Positions 24,319 through 38,100 of a DNA stretch of 64,000 nucleotides are shown here, in pieces; position 1 is the first letter of the stretch, and each line of letters begins with the position of its first letter. Where the stretch lies: positions 49,166,001 through 49,230,000 of the forward strand of contig CM060733.1 in NCBI GenBank assembly GCA_030704615.1. The letters are read 5' to 3'. Both the position numbers and the translations under genes were made by a program. The notes under the pieces were generated by a model. The model was given only the letters and a program-made list of their open reading frames with translations. It did no database searches and was not told the DNA's origin. Source of the stretch: Takakia lepidozioides. Its lineage: Eukaryota; Plantae; Bryophyta.

Positions 24319-27300
24319 CTAGCCATATTGTGCCGGTCGCTCAGCAGATCCTCGCTTTGAGCCATCCCTGCTAACATTGGGTGATCGTTCTAGTGTTTGC
24401 ACAAACTTGCGAAGATGTCTAATGTATTCGGGGTATAGCTCCAGGTTGCAGTGCCCGCCACCCTTCAGCCACAACGGCTCATACTTCTCCTTGGACAAGT
24501 CGTACAACTGCTTGCCATGCGACCAATCAACCACTTCATCTGAGGTTCCCTGAACAAAAACAATATCCAAAATTAAACAAAAGAGAGGCTTTTACACAGG
24601 GTTGGATAGGATAATTGCAGCAGAATACACATGGGCAGAAGCAACCATTAGCCTCTGAATGGGCAAGACATGACACTTTAACCATGACAGCTAAAATGAT
24701 GCAGCGCCCAGCTTAGCCAATTCAGTCCAACATCTCAGATGTACCTATGGTTGAATAAACAACATCAACAGAGATCCCCATGACATCCTGTAACCAAAAG
24801 CCCAACTTCTAGTGGCTAAGGTCATCATCCACCTCCGGCCTTGGGGCCTCCCTTTTCCTTCAACCCTTCAAGAAGGAAAATCCATTCAACTGCTCAAATA
24901 CAAAGTTATGAAACAGGACATTTAAGTGCATGGGACAGAACCACTCTGATACTTTCACACTCGTCAAGATTATGTCGTGCATCAACCACATACCAGGACT
25001 ACTCCACAATTGAAGGCCTCCATGAAAACAATGGGACTGAAGGAATCCATGTAATTTACGGTATGCTGGGCTGGTTCTGATCACCCACCATCACCAGATG
25101 CATTACAAGTAGACACTAAATCTTTGGCTAATGGAGCCCAGCTATGCGAAGTACATGTTGTTCAGCAGTTCCATGCACCATACATGAATTACAACAGCTG
25201 TTGACTATGAAACTGACCAAGAGCGGTTTGAAAAGGCACGAGAGCCAGGCACTCACATGCATGACAAGGACAGGGCAGCTCACTAATCCAATCTTGTCAA
25301 TATTCTGCACATCCTCAGGAGCACACTTTGCTGTTAGATTGCCACAGATATATCCCAACTTTAATTAGAAAAACGAAATACTCAGCAGCACCTTCCAGTT
25401 AAATTTGCAGCACCAATGTGGTGGGTGGGTAGACAGAGATACTTAGAAAAGCAAAAGTCCTTCAAAACGAATGCAGGACACTGGACTTGATATTCACAGA
25501 CAGCTTCATCCAATTCCTGATCCCCAGCAATGAGTAGTACTGATCAAACAGACCTTATAGATGTCAAACCAGTATGTCCGCTTCACCGGATACATCACTC
25601 GTAAGCCTGAGAGGATAGGGCTGTGAAGCACCACACCACGCAGGTGCCGTAGCCGAGCTGCCAAATCCAAGGTGGGACCACTGCCCACCGATTGCCCATA
25701 AAGCACTATATCGTGCTGCTGCGCTCCATAGTCACGCTCTAAACACTCGTAAGCCGCTTCTATATCTGCATATGTGTTGGGTTCACTTGGCTGCTAACAC
25801 ATGCACACAACCATTCGCACAGCTTAAAAAACGTTCCACGGAGCTGTCACAAGTATCTCTGTCAGGTTGTAAGTAGCAACACGAAATCCAAGCAGTAGTC
25901 AAACACAATTCTACTCTACCGATACGTACAATTCCCAGGATGTTATTGCCAGATTGACATGGCAACAATGTCTCTTTCATGTCAATATCAAACAATTCAT
26001 GAAGGCTCGCAAGGCAAGCAAGTACAGATGGAGGTTTTCACTGAACAACAGAGGTTGTCCAGTCGAGTTCCAACAGCAACTGATGAAGCACACAGTTTCA
26101 CAACAATGCAACCTAATTGAGCTCAAAGCTTCACCAAGAACATCCAGTAAGGCTAACACCTGACGATGAAGGCAGTAAGAGGTTTTACAAGAGTAAAAGG
26201 AAAGTGAAGGAAGTCTGACATCCAGTGAATTTATAGAGCCTATACGCACAACCCAAAAGGGGCCGGTGGACGGTTGTAGACCTAAGCCCAGGGTCACTGA
26301 GGAGCGGAAAGATACAAAGTACTCAGCATGGCTCAGCATGTAATCTTAATGCCAAGGTTTCTCACTAGTAGAACGACTTTCAAAGACTTTGGTGATATAC
26401 AGGGGAGTACTAAATGTCATAACCATACACCACCTTGTTGCACACAAAGCAGTTCTATATTCCACGCAATGTAAAATTCATCACAAGGTCCAATGACTGG
26501 TTTCACTGGAACAGCATCCCAGCAAACACAACTGGAAAAGTACTGATTGCTGTATATGGAAAGGGAGACCAACCTTTCCAGTTGATGCTCCGTAGCCTGA
26601 GTAGTCGTACCTACAAAATCCAAAACCACCATTTGACATAAAGAAAGCTCCCATTTCCTTACTATGCTCTTTTTCCATGTGTGTACCCCTTCTGAGGTCA
26701 AACTGGTACCCATGAGAGAGCCCATCCCCAAGAAGTATTGTGAGTCAAAGCACATGCGCTTTGTCTTAAGCCTGTATACAAACCAGCCTTTACAACACTG
26801 CTATCCAACTGACAGCCCGCAGCCATGCCTGAGCATTCTGCGCCAGCTACAGCCCCTAGGTCAAAAATGCAATTGCCCCTTGAAGAATTTCCTTCCACTG
26901 CCCTTATTGCACCTACTGAAATCGCCTGACATGGCTAGGGACCCTTACTCTGTCGATCCCTACTCAGTCCAATAATTCACCGTTGCAGGAGATGGCTTCA
27001 TGCACGATTTATTCATGTTGGTATATTTAGAGGTCTTCCAAGTCTATCAAACAAGAACCATCCGTTGTATTTCTGCTGCTTACCTCATCTATACCCCTCC
27101 CCACTCTTGAATTTCTCCTCAGCTGCAAGAACGCCAAGCACTAATGGGTTTTCCTCAGAATGGCGTGCCAGGTTCACAGCCTGATTCCATTTTTTCTGGT
27201 CGCTTTTACCCTCAAGGCATGGAGCCGGGAAACAATTTTTCAAAAGGCATCACAAGCCCTTTACCCTCCCTCCCTCCTCTTTCCTTCTCACAGGAAAACC

Positions 27301-27667
27301 AGGAATCAAGATTGCTAGTAAGATACACAAAAGAAAATTATGTAAGCAGAGAAACAAATACAGACCCGAGCACATTGACGCGCAGATGGACGCTGAGCTC
27401 CACAAACAGTTCATGCATTTGACCGAGGTCGGCAGCGTTGCCATGTGAGTAGAGGAGAGTTAGATTCGCGGAGGGATGGCGCACATAGAGCGCCACTATA
27501 TCTTGTCCTCGTTTAGTGTGCAGCTTCATAACATCCACATGGTCGTGGGCTATCACATCTGACATTCGGAGCTTTCCCGTCACCTCGTCGACGATCACTC
27601 GATACGATGGCGGCGTGGGGGGGAAGAAGGCAAACCTTGCTGCTACTGATGATGTCACTGCTCCCAT
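24319..27667 (-). CDS. ABHD17-like alpha/beta hydrolase (putative protein S-deacylase), 284 aa; exons 27667-27366, 26610-26574, 25790-25554, 25304-25257, 24549-24319
   Basis: [38 protein letters not shown], nucleophile [14 protein letters not shown] and GGHCNLE. All introns are GT-AG and the phases are consistent. Confidence 0.93.
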
Positions 27668-28712
27668 CTCCCCTGCCCGTTGTGTCCCTTCCCCTTCGGC
27701 AAGGGAATCCACAAAAGAACTTTCCCAATTCCCTTCCTCAAACCATCACATCAACCCTAATCTCCTGTTGTGTTTCGCAATTTCGCACCATTCTCTCCAC
27801 CTTTCCCTCTCTCTCTCTCTCTCTTTCCCCCTCTCGCACATACAATTGCACCTTGCACGTCACAAAAACCCTAAAAGAAATTGATCAAAGCGTGGAGTTA
27901 GCAACTCTTCCTTCTCTCATACTCTCCCAGATGCATAGCTTTACTAGCTCACAAACCCATCTTCTTCTTTCCCTCCCGATCTTCTCTCTCTCTCATAACG
28001 CCCTCCCCCTCTTCACCGTCCAAACGTGATCCCTCTCTTCACGCAACGGATTCAAAAAATCCTGTACACCAATGCGAAGAGGGGGCAGGTGCGCGACACC
28101 CGCTTTCCTCATACATGTGCTTCTTCGTACATGCATCCATACATGCCCACATCCATGCCTCATCGTTCATCCCCTCCCTATCTCACTCTGCCGAGATCTC
28201 TCTGCAGTGAGAAATCTCACATGCAACATTTGCTTCTGTAGACAAGATTTGTCTGAAGTGGGGTGCCTTTGGAACCGACACATTCTGAAACGTATTGTTT
28301 CTGGGACCCACCTCCTCAATTGGTGTGTACACTACTGTATGTCTGTGATTGCTTCTCTATTCTCGGCTGCACTTCCTGTCTCAATTGTGGGTTTGCTCTC
28401 ATTTTGGGTTCTTCTCTGTGCATATGCGAAGGGAGTGATGGAAGATCTCCTTAGTTGAAAGGGAGTGATTGCAATCCCTTTTACCATTCACAAATGCTCT
28501 GGACTTCAGGTCAGTGTTCTTCTGAACTTCGCAGGTGGTGCGATGGGAAGTGTGGATGTGGAAGGATGCCGATAGAGTGCGCTGCTTGGCGATTGGGGCG
28601 TTGGCTCTTTCTGTGAGAAATATACGCCCGAATTCGTCATGGGGTTTAGGCTTGAAAGACAGGAATCTATGATACAGACATTGCAGATGAGGTGACATGG
28701 ATTTAGACAAGG

Positions 28713-30977
28713 ATGATGTTTATAAGCCTGGAGTTTCCAGCAAGATATCTGACCCACCAGCAGCTGCACAGACGGGGTGAATTGCTCGGGGTGACGTTTT
28801 CGTGCACCTACCATAAGTGCAGAAACGAGTGCCTTTGGATCGAGGGTGGGTTCAACCCTTCTTGGGTGAAAGCAGAGCTAGCCGCCATGGTACAAAGTCG
28901 AACACAATGCGGTGATGTGAGAACGCTACATATGGCAGGACGACGGAAAGAGGCCTTTCACATGTTGGACCAACAAGGCAGTTCTGCAGACTCGGATACT
29001 TATGTTTCTCTCTTGCAGGAGTGCATCAACATGCAAAACCTAGCAAAGGGAAAACATGTGCACGCCCACATCATCCGGAGTGGATTCAAACCGGACATCT
29101 TTCTATTCAACACCCTTGTCAACATGTATGCCAAATGCAGGAGCGTAGTGGATGCACGCCAAGTTTTTGACCGAATGCCTGAACGAGATATGTATACATG
29201 GAATACAATGATAGCAGGATATGCCAATCATGGCTGTGGTAGGGAGGCCTTAGACATTTATAAGCAAATGATGAGTGAAGGGGTGATGCCCAACAAGGTT
29301 ACTTTCATTTGCGTTCTCAAGTCATGTGCCAGTCTGGCAGCCTTGCAGAAGGGCAGAGTGGTCCATGCTGACATAATCAAAGCTGGAATTGCTGCAGATG
29401 TAGTTCTCGAGACCGCCCTTGCTGATATGTATGCCAAGTGTGGGCGCATGAAGGATGCACGGCAAGTGTTTGACAGTATGGCACAACGAAATGTGGTCTC
29501 ATGGAATGCAATGATTGCGGGTTATTCTCAGCATGGGCGTTGTAGGGAGGCTTTGGAGATGTATGAGCAGATGATACAGGAAGGTGTGACACCTGATGGG
29601 GTCACCTTTGTCTGCGTGCTCAAGGCATGTGCCAGTTTGGCAGCCCTGGGAAAAGGCATAGAGGTGCACTCTGCCATCACCAGAGCTGGAATTGCGAAAA
29701 ATATCATTTTGGAGACAGCCCTTGTCAACATGTATGCCAAATGTGGGAACATGAGAGCTGCACGCCAAGTGTTCAGCAATATGGCTCACCGGAATGTTGT
29801 GTCATGGAGTGCAATGATCACAGGGTATGGTCAGGACGGGCGTGGTAGGGAGGCGTTCGAGATGTATGAGCAAATGAAAAAGGAAGAAGTGACAGCTGAC
29901 AGGGTCACATACATTTGCATTCTCAATGCCTGTGCCAGCGTGGAAGCCTTGGAACAGGGCAGAGTGGTCCATGCTGACATAGTCAAAGCTGGAATTGTTC
30001 CAGATATCGCACTGGAGAATACTCTTGTCCACATGTACGCCAAATGTGGTAGTATAAATGAGGCGCGTCAAGTGTTTGAGAATATGGCTGATCGAGATGT
30101 GGTATCATGGAATGTGATTATAGCAGGATATAGTGAGCATGGGTGCGGTAGGGAGGCACTACAACTACTTGAACAAATGCAAGAGGAAGGCTTGAAGCCT
30201 GATGTGGTCTCATGGAGCGCAATGATCACAGGATTCACCCAACATGGGTGTTGTAGGGAGGCTTTGGACATATATGAGTGTATGATACAGGAAAGGGTGG
30301 CACCTGACAAGGTCGCTTTTACGTGTGTTCTAAATGCATGTGCCAGCCTAGCAGCCCTGGACAAGGGGAAAGATGTCCATGCTGACATTATCAAAGCTGG
30401 AGTTGCGCATGATATTGTTCTAGAGACTGCCCTTGTCAACCTGTATTGCAAATGCGGGGACATGAAGGATGCACAACAAGTTTTCGACAGCATGCCTCAA
30501 CGAGATGTTTTCTCATGGAGTACGATGATCGCTGGGTACAGTCACCAAGGGTGTGGCAGGGAGGCGCTCGAACTTTTTGAACAAATGAAACAGGAAGGCT
30601 TGAAGCCAGATGGTGTCACCTTGATGTGTGTCCTCTCTGCATGCAGCCATATGGGCCTGGTGGATGAAGGCGCTCACTACTTCGGTTCCATGAGTGGAGA
30701 TCATGGCGTCACTCCGACGGTGGAACATTTTGGATGCATGGTGGACCTTCTTGGACGCTCCGGCCAATTGGATAAGGCAGAGGACTTAATTAACAAAATG
30801 CCAATTGAACCAGATGCTGGTGTTTGGGGGGCATTGCTTGGTTCCTGCAGAACTCATGGTAATGTAGAGATTGCAGAACGCACGGCAAAATGCCTATTAA
30901 AGTCGGACATTGGTCATGGCAGCCACCCAGTTCTTCCACTCTGTGGTAAAGATGAAAGGCCTACGCAATCATTGTAA
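28713..30977 (+). CDS. PLS-class PPR protein with truncated E region and no DYW
   Basis: 754-aa single ORF of PLS triplets ending in L2-S2-E1 (GVWGALLGSCRTHGNVEIAE) and then a divergent tail. An alternative start lies in GCCGCCATGG at 28887. Confidence 0.9.
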   Translation: MMFISLEFPARYLTHQQLHRRGELLGVTFSCTYHKCRNECLWIEGGFNPSWVKAELAAMVQSRTQCGDVRTLHMAGRRKEAFHMLDQQGSSADSDTYVSLLQECINMQNLAKGKHVHAHIIRSGFKPDIFLFNTLVNMYAKCRSVVDARQVFDRMPERDMYTWNTMIAGYANHGCGREALDIYKQMMSEGVMPNKVTFICVLKSCASLAALQKGRVVHADIIKAGIAADVVLETALADMYAKCGRMKDARQVFDSMAQRNVVSWNAMIAGYSQHGRCREALEMYEQMIQEGVTPDGVTFVCVLKACASLAALGKGIEVHSAITRAGIAKNIILETALVNMYAKCGNMRAARQVFSNMAHRNVVSWSAMITGYGQDGRGREAFEMYEQMKKEEVTADRVTYICILNACASVEALEQGRVVHADIVKAGIVPDIALENTLVHMYAKCGSINEARQVFENMADRDVVSWNVIIAGYSEHGCGREALQLLEQMQEEGLKPDVVSWSAMITGFTQHGCCREALDIYECMIQERVAPDKVAFTCVLNACASLAALDKGKDVHADIIKAGVAHDIVLETALVNLYCKCGDMKDAQQVFDSMPQRDVFSWSTMIAGYSHQGCGREALELFEQMKQEGLKPDGVTLMCVLSACSHMGLVDEGAHYFGSMSGDHGVTPTVEHFGCMVDLLGRSGQLDKAEDLINKMPIEPDAGVWGALLGSCRTHGNVEIAERTAKCLLKSDIGHGSHPVLPLCGKDERPTQSL

Positions 30978-31544
30978 AGTGTTATGTACAGTCTTACCAG
31001 TCGACCTGATACCAATACTTATGGTGCTACCCAAGTCTGAGATATTGCAAGGCAGCCTAATCACTTTTGGAAGATATATTGTTGGGTGTATGGCCGCACC
31101 TCATCTCTATCTGCCATCTGTGCTAAAACATCTATGGAGCAGGGAAACCGTACACTTACTACATATGAACGGTGAGCTGGCTTGAAAGATCCACCATACT
31201 CCCTTGAACAGTCATTTACACTGGCTGTGTGAAAGTACGCCGGGGGTGTCTGGGACGACCCCAGCAAATGACTTCATCTGAATCAAGTGGGTGGGCTTCA
31301 CATTCGGTTTTGGATAACTGCTGGCCAACACAGCTGATGTGGTACAAGCCACCGCAAGTTGATAATATATCCACTTACTGGTAAGAAAGGAGGTTGCCGT
31401 GTCAACCGGAGGACTTCTTGAAGTTGTGGCTTGCCTGCCTAAGTACATGCTGGGCAATGGTAGGATCTCAACTTCATGGGCCCTTAGGTGATTGCTCAAG
31501 TCACATACCTCATAGACTTGTCAGTCTCATCTGAATTTGCTCAA

Positions 31545-32458
31545 GTCCTGGAATATAACTGTGAACCAATGACAACTAAGAATACCTAATTGTGAAGGTA
31601 TGATGGAAGACATTAATTTTATCCATCTCTCGCACATTCAGTTCATTGAAGACCTGTACATGAGAAACAATTCAGCCAAGGTTAGGACTAGGTACCTACT
31701 CCAGATAAAGTGGTAATTATGAAGGGTGCATAGCAGACAGCTCCTTTATCCTCCTTTTGTGCATTACCTTGTTGCCAGGAAGCTCAGTGAAACACATCCC
31801 AATTTTATCCTGCTAGACAGTCTAAGACTTTTCTTTTTTAGCTAAATGCTTCAGCAACTAACGGCAAGACAGGGAGCCTACTTTCAGTATTACCATGCCA
31901 AGCACCGCGCAACACCTCCCTATTGGAAGAGTCTCATCTCATGTGGATACTTCGTAAATTTTAGCTAAGCAAGTGCTATCAGGTCATACTCTGAGCACCT
32001 ACCCTCCACAGTCCTATAGTAGGAAACCCACCCAGTCCAACATCCTTACCCGAAAGGCCATGGCTTGCACTTAAGCAAAGAAAACTTTCCAAGGCTTTCC
32101 TTCCACTGCTACTAACCCCCTCTCTATTTGTACAAACTGGCAGAACAGTTAGAGTAGCCCACCTGGCAGAACACGAAGGCATTGAAGATCATAGTATTCA
32201 ACACCTCATCTGCATTTGAACCAATTAGATGCAAAACTTGCTTTCCCAAGTACTGCAAAATGCTAAGAACTGCCAACTGATTGACTTGACCAATAATATT
32301 TCGCCACATCACATCGCTAAATTTGAAGTTACCATTGTGCCCCACAGGTGGTCTATTCATCAGATGATAGGGAGGCTCGGTCGCCAATGCCAGCGCACCG
32401 AGTGTGTTTATTGTCGGATTCACCCAAAGCAGCTGGACAGCAGTGAGTGGTGCCTCCC
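31545..32458 (-). pseudogene. P2B Ca2+-ATPase (ACA-type) C-terminal relic, two degenerate exons (32458-32163; 31653-~31545)
   Basis: GEAPLTAVQLLWVN..NTLGALALATEPP...MWRNIIGQ...LNTMIFNAFVFCQ, then VFNELNVREMDKINVF followed by a frameshift and stop. No upstream exons were found. Confidence 0.85.
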
Positions 32459-35165
32459 CTGAATTGCAAGCAACATAAGATACTTAGCTCCAGGCATAAT
32501 GAAAGTACTTATTACATGTAACTTGAGCTCCCAACCAATGCCCAATCCAACCTGTTAACACGGACATCCCTCCAAGCCTCAAGGTATTACAAACAGCAGA
32601 AAGACACTTGTGGGGCAAACGATGGTAATGTCAGAAAATCTCCATATCCCACTGCCTCCCAAGATCATTCCCCTAGTCCAAGGACAATCCAGAACTTCCA
32701 TTTTGATTCAAACTTTATGCTATGCTAACTGGCAGTCAAACTCCACCACTCTTCACACTCTTTTAAGAGAAAAATAAATTCTGAGGTATTGAAGAAGGAG
32801 GGTACATTGATAACATTCAGAAGCAAGTGACAATTATATGTCATGCATGATCTAGAGAAAGACAAACTAATAGAACTCAATCTTTTGGTGATGATACATA
32901 TTGTCTTGTAAGGGTTGCCTATCGCAGCCAGGAAAGCTCACTCTGCATCCAGATTGACTCTAGTAAGATCGAGCTCTGAATGTCGAGAATTAATTCTGAC
33001 ACTGGGATGATTGTCTTCCTTGCTGTCGCTTGATTCAAGCGCGTAAACCTACTCACGAGACAGTGCCTTGAGCATCCACGAGACTCTCGTTTGGTTCGAA
33101 AATAGAAGAGAAATGAAATGGTGCTTTATAACGTCCGCGGAAAGCTCCTAGAGAGAAAGATTCAGAGTATCCGTATGTCGTAACGTCATAACCATGCAGA
33201 ACTACGGTCTCCCTGACGTAATTAAGACACCAACACACTAAAACCTAACCTAGCAGGGCCTTACAAATTTGTAAGATACCTGCCACCCTACCTGCCACCC
33301 TAGCAGGGCCTTATTTGCAAGGTACCTCCAAAAACAGGAGGAAAGTTTTGCTCGGGAACGTACCTCCAAATACAAAGGAAAAATTATTAGGTCAGGTTTT
33401 TACGACGGAGGAGAAGATGCTAGATGCCATGTGATATATACATACATGTCTACATAGGTGAGTCTACATAGGTTTGTGGAAGTACATAGGATCCTTGACA
33501 GGATCATAAAGCACTGCGCACTGCCAGATTCTTTTTTTGCAAGTGCTAATTTATGATCGAGGAATGCCCTCCACTCGGGGCCTTCCCCTATACATTACAC
33601 TGTATGGTCGGTCTTGTTCGATCAACGCATTGCTCCAACAGACGAGTGTCTCTCATTGTTCTCTCAGTAAAGTTGTGTGTGGTAGACTTGATAGAAGTTA
33701 TATACCAAAGTCTGCAAGGAGAGTCATCAGTTGGTGGGAGGACCATGGCTGCTATGATCAGTTGCAGTGGTACTGGGTTGAAGTTAGGGGACTCTGCAAC
33801 TAGGGTTCTATTGCCCCGGGACGACCATAGCCTTCAGAAACAACAACACACCAGATTGGGACCGGTTTACTTCGCGAAGCGCACTTGCCGATCTCACGTA
33901 AGAAACTAACACCATACAAATTGATCATACAAATTTGTATATAATTGATTTCGAGTGATATATCGGTACCGTGCTAGGTCGAAGGTCAGTAGTGAGTAAC
34001 CATTATATCTGATGGATCCTATCGTAGGAAATGCTTGTTGACGTTACAAAGACAAGTACTGCAAATGTACTGCAAATTTTGTTTATCAATACTGAAACTC
34101 GTAATGCTGTTTGCCCGCGAAACAGCTACTTGCAAATTCATCTGTTTGTAAGAGAGGCCTTGGTGCAGTACCAGGAGACCCTTACTCACTTGACCACAAC
34201 CAACCCAAGAGGCATATCGTTTGCCACCTTAATGTTCTTCTGGTCATGTTCTGCGTTAAACAGGTCAATAAAGATATCTGCTACACAAGATTAACTAGAA
34301 GATTTTCCTTAGGTCTAACATTTGAACTGGATTCTCAGTTCCCTTATAATCTAGGTAACATGCGGTGTCTTTTGACCATCGAATTGGGATCGTTAAGTAC
34401 GCAGCTGTGAATTTATTGGCCAATTCCACTAATGAATTTGTGATATATTTTAAGCTTCTCAGTACAGTCTCTGATCTCTAGAACACGTGACACAGATGTT
34501 GAGAGCGATGTCCAGAGTCTGCCATTGACTATCTTGTTGTTCGGATTTCGCCCGTCCTTTCATTGCAAACGAGATCACTTCCTTCTTTATAATTAGTCTA
34601 CTTGGGGACACATACGACACAGCCTAATATGACATAGCCACAACGGACTGGGGTGGCTTATAAATCTAGCAGTTCTTCACTCAATAATGAACTGTGGACT
34701 CCTCTCAAACGATATTGCTACTGGAGCAGCCATAATACAAAATGAACTGAGAGGAATAGTATATCAGGCCGAGATCAAGACAAGACGGCTGTCATTTGAA
34801 GTCGAGGACTGCAATACATGCTCTCACCAAGTCACTGGAAATCCCAAAAATATGTAACATAATTATGTATCATGTGTTTTCACTCTCATTGCTCCATGGT
34901 ATATGGCAAAAATCTCAAGCGTGTCTCAAGACTTCAGGACTCTGATCACCCGCTTAACATACCGCTTGATCACCTCCTCGGGTTGACCTTGCGTCAGCCG
35001 GTTTTAGTCGCTTACAACACTTCCTTACACGTGCATTACTTTACTATGAATTCAGGATTGGAAAACTTTCTTCTTTCCCCCCAAACATGGGACAGCTCTA
35101 AGGGATTCAGAGCAAGTGGGATTGACGGAATGCTTGTGTGTGTATTGTAGAAACGGACTTGTCAA

Positions 35166-38100
35166 ATGACGATCCGAGCAGGTCTGATCAATGACGATTC
35201 TGTTGAGATGCGCTCTATGAATCCTATACTGCTGCCTGGCGAGGGAGGTGATCCCTTACCATCTGCACGGAAGAAATTACTCAGGGAGGTAAGCACAGGA
35301 GGCGCCGTCGGGCCGATAGTGGACGAGGACCACCCCATAGCAGCTATGGCCAAGCTTGTACAAAAGGAGATGAAGATAATCTACTTGGCATCATGCAATG
35401 ACATACCTTCTACGATTATTCCCTTTTGGTTTGTTGGCATCAACATGCTAGCAATGCAACCCCACATGCAGGGGTAAGTCCACAATCTCAAGGGCAAGAC
35501 TTTTGGTCCTCGATTAGGTTTTGAAAGCACATTGCGTCTGTTTACTTAAGAGACTTAGTGAACGTGATCTACAATTACAAAGGTGTCCTTAGTGTAACTA
35601 CGGGATACGTCTTAGTTTGTATCTTAATGTATACGTACCTTGGAGGTAATATCTGCAGCTGGAGCTCATCGCGCCTTGCAGATGTCACGGAAGCTGGTGC
35701 CTACAATATAGAAGTATAAGGGAACTGTACAAGCATACTGGGAAGTACTGCACCATAATTCGGACATAAATCCTGTGTTACTTGGTGATCATATTTATGA
35801 AGTGGGGTACGTACTCCGGAAACTTCATAGCGTATAGTGATAGTCCTGACAGCTGCAAGTGCATCTAGTGATGATGATCTCGACCACGGAAGGGCCCATA
35901 TTTCTCCATCCGGCACTAAAAGGTAGTGAGACTAATCCTAGGCTTTTGATTGCACCCTTGGTAACATCATCCTCTCACATAATGCTTTCTTTGTATGCAG
36001 ATTAGATCAACAATTTTGGATTCATGCTGCAGAAACGTTTGGTAAGGAAGTTCTGTATTCGTGGCTGTACCTCTACACCTTCAATCTCGCCAATCAATAC
36101 GTTGGTGGACCGGATGACCTGATCGACAAGCCATGGCGTCCCGTCGCTTCGGGTTTAGTTTCTCGGGAAGGGTGTCTCAGTCGCTACATCTTGATCAACT
36201 TACTCTTCAGCTTTGTAGGCTGGCGTGTATGATATAAGAATTCTGTTCAAATAGATATTATTTGGAGAGAAGGTTTCTATGCGAATCTCCTTACTAGCAT
36301 ATAGGGAGATCCTGAAGTCGTCTCAAGTAATCGGAAAAGCTCGCTGATATCTCTAGTGAAGCCAGATCAGTTTTAAATAGTTTAAGCCTTCACACTAACT
36401 AGATTATAAAGGCAATTTATTGTTTCCTCAACTGAGTAAGTGTCTAGGCAGTATAGTAGCATCTTTTAATTTTAGGAGTGCCTACATGATCTAGATTTTT
36501 TTCCAATGAATGAAGACTCTAACCGCTAAAGATATACTGAGTCTGCAAGGTGTGTCAAAGTGTCCTGAGATATCATCTGGTAATGGATTTTCTACTATGT
36601 ACTGAATGTTCAAACTTCAGCTGTTTCAGCGGTCGTGACAGTAACAACCCGGGTTGCGGTCTCGTGCTTGCGGCAGATGGGAGTGCTGCACTGGACATTG
36701 ATGTGGCAAGGAATGGTCCTTTGGGGCCTTCTAGGCAGAGGAGGGGAATTCCTCAGGTGTGGGGAAAAGTCTTCTGATGTGGGTCGGCACTACCACAATT
36801 ACCGCTGTGTCAGGAAGTATTGCAAATCCTCTGACAGGTACACTATCGTACTACCAAGAGGCCCTGCCAAGATTTCCCAACTGTTATGTTTGGCATTATG
36901 CTTAGAGGCAATGGGTACATGGATTAGTTACACCTAGTACCTGGTGTAATGAATGTATGAAAAGCTCGCGAACACCTTGTACAGTCTAAACTTTCGCGGA
37001 CTAGCTTCGCCTTGCAGCAAAATTGGGAGGGCCATGTCCTAGAGCGGTCCCTGCAAGATCTAGTCGTGTACGTATCCTGTTCCAAACAATTCTAAATGTA
37101 CAAAAGTTCAAACCAATCAGCTCCTAATATCATTTGTACAGACTCTATATCTTCTTACAGTTGATAAATGTGGGAATAGACAAGTTGGTGTGGTGGGCAC
37201 TGACAAGAGCAGCCCAAACTGCAAACCACCATTGGAGTCAGGTCAGTGTCTGAGTAATCATGATCACTTACAGCATGGACAAGGAGAATGACTATTTTTT
37301 TTTTCTGAATGGATGTAGGACTTCAGAGACGTGGCTGGTGATACCAAAATTGGAAGAAGAACGTTTCCAATGATATTTGGAGATGATCTAGCTCGGAAAA
37401 TAATGGCATTCATCTTTCTCATGGATCCGCTGTTCACGCACTATGTTGTCATGAAGGACTCTTCATACTCTACTCCACAACTCATCTGTGAAGCTATCGG
37501 TGCCATCCTGTCCGGATGTCTGGCTTACCGGTACGTCAGGCATCACCATATTCTCTGTGTGAATTATAGGATGAACCCTTGCAGAGCGGATTAAGTTCTT
37601 TTCTAATCCATATGGCCACTAGACTCCCCTGTAGCGCTAGGGTTTCCATTATGTATCACCGCCCGTGTTGGACTATTCACAGAAACGAGAGTTTATCTTC
37701 TCACTGATCTCTTTTGCGAGCTTGATAATTTAGGATTGAAAGGCGGTGCAATTTCGAGACTAGGTATTATCTCTAGAGAGTTGAAGCTCAGTTGAAGCAA
37801 GGTGGGTCTCAGTAGACATTCACATTAGTCCTATCCTCAAATATGTTAAAGCTGATATAATCTATTGTTGCACCAGGGTCTTAGAGAAAGTGAGGTGGTA
37901 CGAAGTCTGACATAAGCAGAATGTAAGATGGTAATAAGTTCTCTTTCGGCCAAGTTTAACTGGTGCAACAGCTATCACTAAATGAGTTTGCGATTAACAT
38001 AACACCGTTCGGCATAAATACCTACGTTGACACTCACATGCAAGTATTGACATACAGTGACATGATGTATTGTCCGACATGTTGCAGAACCCTGAGCTAC

